Of a DNA stretch of 59,138 bases, positions 37,133 through 51,618 are shown piece after piece (positions within the stretch are counted from its first letter, which is position 1; every line of letters starts with the position of its first letter). The notes beneath the pieces are model-generated. The model ran no database searches and was not told the origin of the DNA. It worked only from the letters and a program-made list of their open reading frames with translations. Location: assembly GCA_010356995.1 (NCBI GenBank), contig ML996694.1, forward strand, positions 62,001 to 121,138, written 5' to 3'. This DNA is from Trichodelitschia bisporula (Eukaryota). The translations under genes and the position numbers were made by a program.

Positions 37133-40100
37133 GAGGAAAGAATCGGAAAAAGGGTGTTGCCATCACTTTGTATAAGCCCTTGGTTCTTGCTCGTGATGTT
37201 CGAGAGCCGGCCGCTATGATGGAGCCACAGCCTAAGCACGTGCGCCTCCAATTTCCCCCTCAACATGTAGGCGAAATCTTCAACTGCTGTGCAACTACCA
37301 CCGCAGATATTGAACCGCTAACGTCATGCCTCGCCCACCGGACGCCTTCACAGTAAATGCCTCCCTAACACCCTAAACCACCGACCTAAATCCCCCCGCC
37401 CCATTTCACACCTTCGTACAAGGCGCACAACACGGTCCGCGCCCGGGACGCTAGCCCCGATGATCAGGTCCAGTCCAGTTCAAGTCAAGTCAGGGCGGGG
37501 AGGGAGTGCTCCATACGCGTGGCTAGCAGCGTGGATGGTGACATGTAGCTCGTGGTAAATGTACGTATCGTGGAGTATTCATGGGCCTGGAACGGGAGCA
37601 ACCCGGGTTGGCGTGCTCCCCGCGTATACGAGTGCGGGGGCGAATCCTTGCATCTCGTATTGCCAGAATATTCTCACCGACTTCATTCATCTAGACACAA
37701 TCAGAGCACACTATTCCCACGCCACCATCAATCCTCCTCTCCATCAATCCCCAAGCCAACCTCCATTCCCACGGTTCCACAACCCTCATCCAACCACAAC
37801 TTAGCATCGGGTCCTCCTGCAGACGCCGTACAACATCCGGCCCCCCGCACACTGCCGACTTCCTATCTTGTGCGCCGCGACCGACGGCGAAACTCACCTC
37901 TTATGACACCATCAATTCACATTCGATCCGTAGAAACCAGCGGCAGGTAAAAGACAAACCACCCAAACTTGTAATCCCTCAGAAAACCACAATATCAACG
38001 CCGCCCATACATCCCCTCCATCCCGTCCTCACAATCCCATCCCCACAACGGTACGTACCGCCCAGGCGGGAACGCGGCCCCACGCCCAGGCATCCCGCCC
38101 GCGAACAGTTTCCCGAGACCAGCGCCAGACGCCTAGCTTCCGTTTTCCAGGCCTAGTCCAGACCCCTTAGCAGCACGAGTACCATTGGCGCGCACTCCGC
38201 TGCAGTGGCGAGTGGCAAACAGTCCTCGCCCTCGCCAGTACGCGCTTGCGTTGCGCGGCGCTTCGCGGGGGCGGCCCCGCAGCGGCGTAAAGTCTAATTA
38301 CGGTCCGCGCGGCGCGGGGCCCACATATAATGGGTCCCGATGGCCGCGGCGCGGCTTGGGGGTGGGGAGGGCGGTTCGTCGGTGAGATTTGGTTTTTGCC
38401 TATGGTGATGGGTGTGGAGGGGTGGAGATGATGCGGGGAGGTGGGGGAGTTCTGAAGTGAGTTCTCGGGTATTTGGGGTCGTTGCAGCTGTTGGTTAATG
38501 AGTGTAGATGGAAATACGCGGTTGCCCTAGGCGGGTCTGGTGGAGAACGGTTGAGTGGAAGTTTTCTCCACTCTGTCGACGTTCCCTACGTCGTCCTCGC
38601 CACTCTTGCGTAACACTTTCGCACGTCCTAGCTCAACCGCAGCCATGCCCGCAGTCTGCCGATACGCGATAGGAAAAATGCGTCTTCATGCCGTCGTGGC
38701 GATGGAAGCCGCCGAGAGAGTGGAGTCGACGACCCCGCCTGCCCCACCCCGCGCTCCCGACCCCGCCTGGAGCCCGCTGCTGTCTGGCTCCGCTATGCAC
38801 CCCGCAGGCCGGGATCTATAATCTAGCTGGACGATGGAGGCGGGGCTTTTGTTGCTGGGACTGGGAGTGAGGGTGTTGAGATGGCGACGGTGGGTGGGTA
38901 TTGAGGTCAGGGGGGTTGAGGTTGACGGGGGTTGTGGGGTGTGGGGTAGGAGGGGTGGGGTGTGGTTGGTGAAGATGGGGACTTTGTGGGCTTTTGGATG
39001 CGTTGGGGGATGGTGATGCGGGGTTGGTTCATGGTAGGTGAGTTTGACCGGTTGTTTTGACTGTGTTGCAGGCGATGGAGCTGCTCTGGCTGGTTGTAGT
39101 ACCCGTACTCTTGCAGTTTACCTGCGAATACTAATGGGAGCATGCCTCAAGGCACATGTAGTGTCAACGAGTGCGGAGGGAAAGCATGAATGAAAGACGA
39201 AGAGCAAACGAAGGTGGAGACGGAGTCGCTCTTACCCGTATCGTGATACAAGGCAACGTATCCTCCTTCCTCCTTTTAACGAGAGTTCCCTCCGGCCTTG
39301 TCCTCCGTGGCTTCCCTAGATAAGAATGCTCTTTCCATGAAGACGAATGCCCCTTCCCTTCGCCTACACCACGTACGATGTTTCTCTGGCAGCCGCAATG
39401 CATCCGCTTTGCATGGCCAAAGCTGATACAATATGGCCATGTCCGATGGCGGAGGTGTCAACTCTCAGATGTTGCATTGTGTGTACGATACAGGAGTACG
39501 CCGGCCCGCATCACATCCGTGCTGCAGTTGCAAGCCCTTTGTGGAGGTAATATGTAGGTGAGTCCCCATGGCCTATTTTCGCCCCAAGGTCCGAGTTCAC
39601 CGATGCCCTCCCCCAAAAATTTAGTACGAGAGCCATAAGGTAAATCCCCATGCCTCACATCCCACCTCAAGACCAGGAATGGCATGTCCGCAGGACGCCA
39701 AGCCCCATGCTGCCTATCAGACCAACCCCCGTAAAATGACCTGCATCTGCATGCACCTCGCAGGCGCTGCAGGTAAGCGGCGATAAAGCAGTGCCCCGAG
39801 TCATATTTAAAGAGAAAAAAATGCCAAAGCACAAAGTAATCCGGAGGCTCAGTCAACATGAATGTACATTTGCTGACATATTTCTACAGTCCTTACGCCC
39901 CGCAGCTGTGCCCCTCCAAATACCCCACCCATGACGTCGTGACAAGGCTGACCGTTGCTTTCGAGTATGGCCCGAATTGGCTAGCTTTGCCAAGATGGTT
40001 GCCTTGTTCGAACAAAGCAGGTGGGGCGAGGGATGGCGCAAGATAAGCATTGGCTCGTGCGCGCTAGGCTGGGATTGTGTGACCTTGCCAAGACTGGAGT

Positions 40101-43100
40101 TGGTTGGCATGTGCGGGTGGGGCTGGCGGGGTACGTACCTCAGTCCGATTTTGGGGACACGCTGGGACATTTTGCAGTGAGTAAATATTGCGATATCTCG
40201 ATAGTACTCATGGTTTTAATGGGTTTGATGCTAGAGACACCGTACGACGGCACCTCAATCAAGACTATCGCGTTTTGGAAGCGGCGTGCGAATAGGCGGT
40301 GTACGGCGTAAATGATGTGGGAGGGGTGCAACGGCGAGCGATTGCGATGGAAGTGGCGCACATTACTAACAGACGGGAGAGGCACGGGCTGGGGCTGGTA
40401 GCGGGGTCGGAGGTTGGTAATTTGATATGCATTGATTGAGCGGCGGGAGGGGCACGGAACGGCGGGGCTTTGTTTGGCAACCCCCTCCGCGGCCCCCGTT
40501 GCTGAGTATGGAAGCGAGATAAAGACGCCTAGAATAATTGAAGGGTCTTGCGCGGCATTTTGCCCTGCAGAAGGGTTTTTGTGGGGTTGGACTTGGGAGA
40601 GCCTTGGAGTGTTAGCACTTGTTGAGGGTGGTTTGCGTGGGTTGCTACGAGGGTTTGCTGCGAGGGGAGGGGTTGGAGATGGTGAAGGGCCGCAACGCGT
40701 CTGGGGTGGGGCACGATGGCAGCGGGAGGGCCGGGAAGGGAGCCTAGATTGCGTTTGAGATATGAAATCAAACTGGCAGCGGAGGGTTAGGGCGGGGTTG
40801 CGTGCGGCAGAGACGCTGGCCCCTGGTGGCCGGCGCTTTGGCAGCGGTTCTGCCCTCGACCTTGATGCTGTTGTGCGTCGGTAGGCTGCCTGCGAGAGTC
40901 GAACCGAGTTGCATTGCGAGGAAGAACTCCCACTGCTGTCTGTGTGAGGGCTTCGGGTGAGGAAAGGATTCCCGATGCCTTGCTAGCCTTTGCGCCGACT
41001 AGCCTGCAATATACTCCTCCCAGTCAGGGACTTTGAAGTTTGGTAGACTAGAATATGTGCCTACGATGCACATATCAAAAGTCTACGTTAGACGTCGGCG
41101 TTGTAGATTCCAAACACACGAAGCATATCTCCTCGCCAAAACCGCCCCTCAGTACCCACCATTTTACCTTTTGTCCGACGGTTCTGAGATTGACAGCTTG
41201 CACGCTAGCCAATCACGCTCCCGCACGCCAGTCGTTGGTTCGCTTACGCGGGTCGTGGAGTGCCGACGACATGCATCGAAGGCACAAACCCCAGCCGTTG
41301 GCTGCATACCCATTTCATTCATACAGTAGCGCATCTGCATTGCTGCATGCCCCCAAACCGTGGGGCCAGGGGTGGGGGCGAATAGAGCATGCAATCGGCC
41401 TGCGCTCTCATTGCCCAGCGTTTGGCAGTTGCGAGCGAGCCTTGATTGATGCGCAACGCAAGGCCATGACGGCCTGATGTGGTCCCATCTGGTGCGGGGA
41501 AGATATCCCCCTCGCCACGACTTATGAGATATCCGCCGTGCTTGGCTGGCGCAGGGTCGCTATTGCAGATGTGGGTAGTGCACGCAACGATTCGACGACA
41601 TGTGCAATGGTGGGAGCACCAAGCATCCGACACCGGGGAATTGATTCCGAGATGGCGCACGATGATCGGATTTGCTTCCGACACCATTTTATGGGACGAC
41701 GTTTGTTGCGCCGCAAGTGGGAGTCTGATCCTCTCCCAGTCAGGCCACCGGGCATCCAATGCGGGGTTCGTGTTCGACATACCGGTACGTACTGACATGC
41801 GCGCGCGGCGGGCCTATCGCTGCGCAACGTGGGGCGAGATCGAGGGTCCAGCTGTCTTCCAATCTCGCCGCTGCGATAGAGCAGCACGTTGATGAAGGAA
41901 CTAACGCCCGGCGGTCCAGGGGGGGAAGCAGAATGGCAACACCTTCTATGCGTATGCTGGATACCCTCATGCTAAAATGCTAGTCTTCTGCATCGGTCAT
42001 ATCCTTCATCCCAGTTGGTCCATACATTTGCAGCGAGAGGTGCGGAAATCCCATGACGACTTCCATACGGAAAATTAGACACAGATATTAGCCCCGGCCC
42101 GTGTGCGAAGTGGAGGGGACGGTTTCGGGTTTTGCGGCAATGCGGCGCTCCGAGCGGGTTTCAACGTCCACGGCCACGACGCAACTGGATCTCAGCCGGA
42201 GCACGCCCACCCGACCACAAAGCACGCGAAATACACGTGACGATGAATGAATGCAACGGCTTCACCGAATCACATAATTCCGGTCAGCTCAACACGAGTG
42301 AGAGGAAGGCCTCACAGCCGCGATGCGGAAGCTGGAGCCTCGTCCCCACCCCCACAAGGCAGCGGACGCTCAAACTCCCCCAAAAGCAATTCGCTACTTG
42401 AAGGATGGCGTATGTGGGTGCTGATAAGGCTGCTCGCAGGTCGTCGATACACGGCTGACTGGTTGGTCCATAGGTGGAACGCCCACCACCGCGAGCAGGG
42501 GCCTCAAGATGATCCAGCTTTGCGCTACGCTCTGACAATGTTTTGATGGACGAGCCTCCCGCAACCGGAGGCGTCGAGGGCTGCGCACATGTCGCGAAAT
42601 TCATTCAACAATTTTTTTCACATCTGAATCCGGCCCGCCTGCCTCTTTCTATAGACGGGAGACGGGGATGCTGCGGGCGGCTCGACGGCGGCGAGAGTGG
42701 AGATGTCTATTTTGGCATGTGGCCAAAGTTTTCTTGCGGGGCGACAAGGATTTTTATCTTCGCGGCCAGCGTCGGTTCTGAGCGTTGCACAAGGACCTTT
42801 GCAAGGATGAGAGCTGAGCGAGGCGATCATGGCTGTAAGGGAACTCCCAACGAGCGCCACTCGCATGGTCTGTGCTGTGTAACCATGCAGGAAACCTGGC
42901 AGACTTCTTGAATAGCCAATGCGCATCAGGCTCGGCAGCCAGCCACTAACCGCATGTTCGTCAAAGTGTCCCGTCCATATCTGTGAGATAAGCGGACTTG
43001 GCTGCGCGCTAATCTGCCCGAGGGCTGTCAAACACAATGTTTTGGTAACGGAGAGCGTGCCGCATCAATCCGCGGATATTGAATGCTTCTGAGCTTCAGA

Positions 43101-46100
43101 TGGAGGGTCATAGATGTTGAGCAATGCCCGATAAAAGGGCCAGAATTTATCGGATTCATATGGCTCGGGTCTGGTGAGGGGTGAGTGCGGCGATGCAAAC
43201 AGAATTGGCTCGTAGTGCTTGCGGCATGCTTTGGCAAAGCTGAAGGCTGAAGGGCGATGGTTGCTGGAAAGCCTCGAGGCTCTTTACTGCTGACCGAGCA
43301 AAAGTGAGCATGGAAATGTCGAAAGCACGTGATAAGCTGGCTACATCAGCAGCACTGCAAAGGTTAGTGTGGTGCGAGAGAATAAGTGGAGATAGTACGG
43401 TACCTCATCTCATTAATGATCGCAACTCTGCTGTTGCCATATGCTAGAGATTAGAGGCGGGCTAGAATAAAGCTGCTTCGACGCTCAGCTCGGCATCTCA
43501 TCGTTAGCCACCTGGCTTGATGTCGTCAGGTACCAAGCAACCGAGCTCGTCGTGTGTGGGCAAGCCTGCAGCCTCATCCACGACCGAACGTAATGGGCTT
43601 TACTATGCTGATAGAGCCCGAAGAGCGTCGCAGAAGGGGTGTCGCGGGTGAGACGATGGTTATTGTACTGTTTGCAAGTACGTACGATATAAGGAAGTAC
43701 CGCGACTGGCGCCTGACTAAGGGGAGACCTCGGGTCGCACAAGAGCCAAGGAGTGACGTCACTGCTCGCTTGTTGCCATAGTCTGACACACCAATATTGC
43801 GGGGCATCGTCACTTTTGAGCATCAACCTCAGCAAAGTCCACTCGAGACAGCCGAGGAGTGCTCCGTACCAGCCAAGCCTCACTGGGACGGGATTCCACG
43901 TTTTCAAGTTCCATTCAGTCCTTGGACAACATATCCTCGCATCCGATGGCTGTTGAACCCGACGACCGGGTTCGTTGGTCAGGTTCGGTTCCTGTTCCTC
44001 ATTGATCTTGCCGAAAACCCAGCTATCGGGTATATTTTGCGATTCAATAATAGATCGAGTGCACATCTCCCGAGATCTACGATCACCGATCACCGATCAT
44101 CACTTCGGCCTAGAAAAGGGGAAGGAAGAAAGTCTGCAGTGATGGTCTTTCAAGGCATCAACCGCTATAGGCCCTCGTCTCCAGTTTCTTGACTTCAACT
44201 CGATCTTCCGGCAAAACCACGATCGTGAAGGCAGATACGTTTTAGGTATTTACCCCGGGTGCCTTGGCTACCAAAGGACCTTGGTTTTTGTCGTGCCGGT
44301 TTAATCTCCGCGACCGGGTCAAGCTTTGATCGATGCCCGTCAGAATACGTACCTTGGAAGTTGCGGGCACCCACTTCACGGACATCCATTCCGTCAGCGC
44401 CGCTCATCGTGATCGTTGATTCGAGCTTGAGGGCCTGCGGAAACGCGGCACGCCAGACACTCACGATGCATCTGCCATTGGTAGCGACGCACGTAACCCT
44501 GCAGTGTGGGGTACCTGACGAGGGACGCTATTCCGCAATATGAGATTTATGACTTTGTGCCTTGTCAAAAGGCGGCATTCTGTGAGATCCCCACGCGCAC
44601 GCGCCACCTTTTTACCCTTTGCCATTTGATGGGGAAAAGGGCGCAGGATGATGTTCCCCAACAGTTGAGTGTGAATCTGCAAAATCCAGGATGCGAGTCT
44701 TGGAAACTGGGCAGTTTACGAGGCCGGGATGCTGGATGTTGCATTTCCCCGCGGGGTCCCGCGGAAGGGTCGAAGCCAAATCAGTGTTTGTTTAATTGCG
44801 CGGTTTACGTGAGAGCACACCGACTCTATGATGATACCGCGCAGTTATAGAGTTTGACACCTTGACAGTGAGCGAGGCGACGCAATGCCGACGGATGGCT
44901 ACGGCTTCCGGCAAAGTCAGCTGACCAGGCGCTGGGTGCGACGGCAGGCGATTCAGGCCCTCGCCGCTCTCGCATTCGACAAGCGCCCACAGGAATCGGG
45001 ATGCCGAAGGTAAACAACCACCAATATCCAACCCCCACTCCCCAGCCGTGCGCGGCTCGCCTTCATCCGCGGTCCTGCAGCAATGATGTAGGGACGATGG
45101 CGATGGGATCCATTATCGTCAATGGCAGCTATTAAGCGGAACAATGTGGGGAAAGGCGAATGACAAACTTTTCTTCACGAACCTAGCGACCAATCCACTT
45201 TCTCCTGCACCGCTCCAAAGTCTCTTCACTTGCCACCGCCGTCGATGTTCGCTGCACGGCGGCGCTGCTAGACTGCTGCAGGACACAAGAGCCGACTCCT
45301 GCGTTGCGGCAGCTGCAGACTACTGGCTGGCTGGCCAATGCGGGACGCGGGCGTCGGCGTGCGCGAGGGGACGAGAACGCGCTGCAGTAGGCGTCCGCCA
45401 GCCGTCCCTGTGTCATCTCATCTCGGAGACGGCATCACTAAGGACGCTCCGCCACACGGCTCGGATTGTCTGTACGGTAGGAGGCTGGGCGGCAGACGGC
45501 GCGCGGGCAAGCACGACGCTTTTCGAGCGGGATCGCAGGTGGCTTTTTGTCCTGCGTCAAATGTATCTCGGGAGACCGGAGGATTCAACGAGGGAACTAC
45601 TGCGAAGCGATGGAGTGAAGCGGGGCGGCCGACTGCGAACATCGGAGGTTGAGTTGTGCAAAGGGCGCAGAATGCTGATCATCCTCCAAGCGCGCGGCCG
45701 TCCCCGTCCGGTGCTCTGGGATCGTGATGGGAATGTTTTTTGGGGTACAGAACTGGCGCGCACGGAGAAAAAAAGCTTGCGCGGCGCCGTTAGCGGCAGT
45801 CGGGTGAAACTCAACGACCGCTCCCTTTTCGACTGCAAGTCCAAGACGCCGCGAGCAGCGGCCCGGCACTATTTTAGATGGTGAGGAATATCGTACGGCT
45901 CTAGCAGTACGTACACACTACGTATGTAAGTCATGGGTGGAGCAGCGGGGCTGGTAGGGAGTGGGTCGGCCGAGCACAGCCATTGTTCGAAAGTTTTGCG
46001 GGCCGCTCGCACGATTCTCGATAACGCATATTGAACGAAGAGTGGATAACAGGCAGTTAGGGGTTCGTTAGTCTAGGGTCTTTAGGTTGTGCAAGCGCGA

Positions 46101-48203
46101 CTGCGAGCGGGACCCCGCTTGACTCCAACCCTTTCCCACGCACATCCATCACCTCACACCTCAAACCTCACAGATCTCGTACAGAAACACAGAAGAATGG
46201 CTCCTCGTGTGGCGCATCTTCCACCATGCGGCACAACAATGGTTTGATTGGCCAATTGCGGCGTGATGTCCCACCGCCTTTTTTTTCGAGGCCCGTGTGT
46301 GGGTTGTTGGAATGAGGGGTGCCACACTTGATGCACGCCGCATCCGGCTGGCGCTGCCCTCTTCGACGTCCCAGGCTGACTGCCTCATGCTGCCTCCGCA
46401 TACATACGGGACGCACTCAGCTGCTGTGCGCAACAAGCTCCGAGAACGGCGTGCGATATGATAGGAATGGGGTTAAGGTTTCCCCTCTGCAAAATGCAAG
46501 CTGACAGGGCCTCCGGCGAGATGAACTGATGCTAGGTTGTTTAGTGGGGGCATGTTTCTATCCTATTTGGAGGGCAACAGGCATCAACTCCGCGGGGCGG
46601 GGTTCCTTTTCAGGTCCCTCTTCATCCCTGATGCTGTTGCGGGGTTCAGTCAGCTTATTAACCACTCGATGAGGGGATTTGAGCGATAGATGACCGGAGG
46701 GGACTCCGTGCTGCCCCTCGACTGACCTTCGTGTAACCGATCTCGCGAGGAAATGCCAAGATTTGGGATCCAAAAGCTGGACATGGATGGTTGTACCGTA
46801 GTGGTACGGCTTGCACCACCACCCCCACCACCCGCCTAAAGCACGGGCCGTTCGGCGTGTTCGGCGGCGGCTCGCTTGATTCGCTTAGAGGCAATCTGGC
46901 GCTGCCTTGGCCCTAGGCGAATCATGAAGGCGGCACGCCGTGTGTTTTGCACTACGGTATGGCGCCGCGCGGTGATGATGTCAGGCCCCATGAAGGGCGG
47001 GGTGCATATTGGCCTTTCTTATTACCCTCTATCGCGACATACTGTTCCGTCAAATGTGTCGCGTAGAAATGGCGGCACGAGAGGGGGTTGTTGACGATGG
47101 AAATTGAGATGGAAGCGGACGACGGCGAGAATGATGACGACGGAGTTACGGTAGAAGCGGCATTTCCTCTCATCCTTCGCGCGCGCGCGCGCTAGCAACA
47201 CAAACAATCACGAAGCATTGCCAATCAAGAGACTATTGCGCAAGCATCGCGTTGGGAACATTCTATGCCCTCATTTTTACACTTTTCAGCATTTCTCAAC
47301 GGCCTGATATTTCGTGTGGGATGGAGGCTTTGACAAAGGCGGCGAGAAAGTAGCGCTTCGTACCGCGCGCAGCGGCAAAGTATCGTGTGGGAAGGAATGG
47401 GTGGTGGGTATGAGGAGGGGGAGGGAGTACGGCGATGGCCAAGTCCGGCGATGGCTGGGTTTCGACGCCCTGGTTTGTTGGGGGGTAAAAAAACGCTGGG
47501 CGGCACACTCGGTGAGGGACGGCGGCAACTTCACAACCAACCTCATCTTTTGTCTTCTTCTCTTCTCGCAGGTCTGGAGGGGAAAGGGCTCTGAGGTAGT
47601 TCATACGCGAGGGTTTGGACTTCATTATATGCTTGAGCGGAGGCGCAATTGCATCAAGAGCGTGTACAGCAGCAGCGACATCAGCGGCAAGTACTGGAGC
47701 AACAAGAAGCTGCACTGCAGTACCGTAACCAGCACCAGCACCAACATTAGCAGGTTTGGCGAGCCGTGCAGAAAAGAGGTCAGCCAGGCTTTATTCTCCT
47801 ACGGCAAGGTTAGTGGTTAGTCTCTATCCAATCCTTTGGTATCCACCTCCTCCCTCCCTCTCTTTCCCACTCCCTCACCCGTCTGCCGCCGTGGTTCGCC
47901 AGCCCTGGCTCGTTCGCCGCCTATGCTTGCTAACCACTGGCCAGTCTGTGTTCACAGCCTGCCCAGTCGCGTGTTGGGGATAGGACAATTGTTGCTGAGA
48001 ATATTTTCACGGCTGCACATCGTGCACACCACAGGCACACACACCTACCACACAAAAAGGCACACCGATGATGAAGAAGCAAGAGAGGTGCCGAAGAACT
48101 TCAACACGCGATAGTCACGAGCGGGTACTCTGCAACAAAGTGTGGGGATATCCGTAGGGATAGAAGGGGTCTTCTCTTCTTACGCTTCAACACCCAGCTT
48201 CTC

Positions 48204-48246
48204 CCCTCCTCCTCCTCCTCCTCCTCCTCCTCATCCTCCTCCTCCT
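48204..48246 (+). repeat. (CCT)n microsatellite in pyrimidine-rich region upstream of gac1
   Basis: About 14 CCT units with one CAT interruption. Confidence 0.9.
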
Positions 48247-49481
48247 ACCGTACATCAAAACACCAAGGTCCAAGCCTCGACGCTTTCCTCACGGCCCATC
48301 TCTCCCCAGACGAGCTCTAAGCTTCTTCCGTAGGAGGCTAGATACCTGGCTACCAAGGCCCTTCAGAAAAGTAGTCTCGGTAAGGAACACCCTAGCTACA
48401 GCCCAGCCGTTGCAGCTTGCAAGGCTTTTCCTTGCCCCAACTCCCTTCCAACCTTTACGTTTAGCCGTTAGAGCGCAACCCACCTCTCGTCATTTGTTCC
48501 TCCTACCCACCTCATCCTCCTCCTCCCCCTCCACTTCCTCCCCTCCCTCATCCAATATCCCACCATCCCACCTTACACACCACCCATCGCCTCCCTCGCC
48601 GCCCACCACACCTATCCACCCCTCCTACCTCCCTCGCCTTCATCAATCCGCACGGCCCGCAAGACCCTGCGACTATTTCGCCCGTCTCAACGCCTTCCAG
48701 CCCGGCCTCCAGCCAAAAGGTGACTGAAGGCCCTGGAAATTCAAACTCTCACCCACTCTTCATCACTTCCCCTCCTCCCTCACATTCTTCTTCCTCTCCC
48801 TCTTGAATTAGCATCACAGCCTTTGCCCGGCTTGCTAATTCAATTCTCCCTCACGAAAAGGTCTTCTGTCATTTTGTTTGTTGCCGAACAAAACGATAAG
48901 ACTCTTCTCTCCCCAATATCACTCTCTCAACGCCCCTCCCCACCAAGTCACACCACTCGGATCTCCGCGGACGGTTCCTTCCCTGACTCTACGACGCATC
49001 GAAAGATTGCGTCTTCTGTTTCTCAGGGTAGAGGTTTTGCGAAGTTGCAAAGCATCGCCTCCTCTTGACCATCCTGTGGCCTGACCGCACCTCATTCGAC
49101 ATCACAGCTTTAACTAGACTGTGCGCCATCCAAAGGACTGCCCTTATCCAAACACCGCCCTATCAGCACCCACTGAAGCCTTCCCATCCCTCCCCCTCCC
49201 CCCCACTCCACCTCCACCTACCTCAACCTACCTCACAACCTCACGGTCAACCTCTCCTCCCTTGGGTTTGCACCAGTGAAACCTCCATTTGCGCGGAGCT
49301 CGGTTTTTCTATTCCTGTAAGTTTAGTAACATTGCTCTCTTCATCATCAATCATCGTTTCTCTCGAGGCTGACATCCCTGTGCAGGGTACATATCTTGTT
49401 CCTACGCCCTGTGATGCTCGCGACATCCTAGAAGTCGACGTCACCACTAGCAAGCCCCTTCTCCTCGACCGTCAAGAAGGA

Positions 49482-51618
49482 ATGCCTTACACACCGCCGT
49501 CTCAGCGGTCCCCTGCCTCCTCCAAATCTAACAGCCCGACCGTCTCCCGTACCCACTCGTTTGACAACACCTCCGTTCCCTCGGAGCGTCCTGTTATCGC
49601 GCGCTCCAAGTCGGCAGCGTACCTCCACAAGCATCGCCGCTCGCCGTCCGTTTCGGACCACTCTAACAATGGGAACATGGCGGTAAACGGCTTCGGCCAG
49701 CACATCCCCCGCAGCAGGCACGACGCCGCGCGGCATGTCTCGCCTGCTCCTGCAGTCGGATCGCCGCAAGCTGGATCACCTCTGGGCTCCGAAGACGACT
49801 ACCGTGGCCGCCAGATCCAGCACCTCGCTGAGTCGCTGAAAGAGACCATGAAGATATCGAAGCGCACACAGTCGCCGACTCGGGAGGTGCTATCACCGGT
49901 GCTCGCATTAACGGCATCGAAGCCTGCTCTCCCGCCATTGACGGCTGAGGCGCGTAAGATTTCGCACTCGCGGTCGTCGAGCGAAGTCCAACTGTCGGCG
50001 CTCGAGACGCTCACTGATGGTCCGGTCGCATTGACATCTGAAAGCGATGATGACGAGTACTATGGGTCGAAGCCTCTGATGGTTCGCAAGAAGTCCGGCG
50101 AGCTCGTGAAACCGGCTCTGCGACCTCCCATCAATCGTCGGCGCCCGTCCAGCATGCCTGGCACGCCGACATTCGTCAAAAACGTGCATTTCAACGAGGA
50201 CGCCCAAGTCCGCCACTTCTTGAAAGTCGATAAGCCTATCGCCGTCAGCGCGGGTTCGTCACCCGTGGAGACCTACGACAGCGAGTCGGAGTACCCGTTT
50301 TACCACGCTCGTTCGAAGCCCAAGGTCGAGTGGGAACTCCGCCTCGCCAACTTCCCACGGGACACTCATGAGCGGTTGGCCCAAGCTGTTCGCGTTGAGC
50401 GTTTGTTCCTGTCGTCGGACTTCAAGATGCTGATCGGAACTGTGGCCGTGGCGAACCTGGCCTTCCACAAGCATGTTACTGCACGCTTCACATTTGACTA
50501 CTGGAGCACCACATCCGAAGTTACTGCGGAGTACAACAATGACGTACGGAAGAAGCAGAGCAGTGACGGCTTTGACCGGTTCAACTTTTCCATCAAGCTG
50601 TCCGAGCAGGCCCATCTTGAGAGCAAGACGCTTCTTCTGTGCGTCCGGTACAACGTCGAGGGCCAGGAGTTCTGGGACAGCAACCAAGGTAGCAACTACA
50701 TGGTCGACTTCGTTAAGAAGGTCGCGCCATCGCCGGACCAAAAGCATGGAGTCGGATCTGGGGTTGGACCGTTGGGGGCCATCCCCCGCAGCCGCCACTC
50801 GCCGTCAGTGGCACGCCCTCGGTCATACCCTGCCGGTAACCATGGTGATGATGACTGGAGCCACACATTGGAACAGCCTGCTCCTGCCCCCAACTGCCTC
50901 CGCACTGATCCCCTGCGGGCCGGTAAGAATGCGCGCAAGCAGCCGTCGTATCCGACCCAAGTTCCCCGCGCCAAGCCGGGACAGCCCATCAAGCAGGCAT
51001 TTTCGACCCGATACGACTTTTCGGCTTCGCTCTCGGCCGCACTAACCACGGCACAGACGGCTCTCGGTGACCAGAGCGGGCTGAAGATGAAGGACGTCGG
51101 CCGGCAGTCAAGGTCGTCCGCCCCCGCTGTCCAACCTGTTAACAGCCCGCGGCCCGATGCGTTGTCGTCTGTCAGGCCCGATGTCCATTCCGCGGAGTAC
51201 AACGATCTGATCCAGAAGTTCTGTTATGTACGTGTGCCCGTCCCGGGGAGCGGCCAACACGGCGGTGTACTAATGCTGGACACAGTATCGCCCCAACCCT
51301 ACTCCTACACCGGTGTCTTCACCCAAGGACAACGTCAAGGCTCCGAATACCAAGACGCCGTCAGGCGTTCCTGATGGTCCGGTCAACTCTCCTCCCTCGG
51401 ATACCGACACCGACAATGAGAGCGGTCCGTCATCCGGCTCAAACAGTCCTCCCTCTCCGCGCGCTGAACTTCAACAACTTGACGGTACCTGCGACTCCCA
51501 GTCCACGACGCGAACCGCTAGCCCTTCGTATTTCTCGACGTCGCCGCGCCTCCTCGCGCAGTATCGCTCGGCATCGCCTGCCCTTCAGTTGCCACACCAG
51601 GTGGTCGGGCATGCCTGA
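49482..51618 (+). CDS. gac1: Glycogen-targeting PP1 regulatory subunit with CBM21 domain (Gac1/Gip2-like); join(49482..51227,51286..51618)
   Basis: MPYTPP start, RKKSGELVKPAL, PP1-docking KNVHF (RVxF), CBM21 motifs GTVAVANLAFHKHVTARFTFDYW and CVRYNVEGQEFWDSNQGSNY, FSTRYDF, YNDLIQKFCY. Confidence 0.9.

Noticed and set aside
38470..39240. Possible small minus-strand gene (MNQPRITIPQRIQKP...) with an upstream intron
   Set aside because: It stops after 41 low-complexity codons and I could not build a consistent spliced model.
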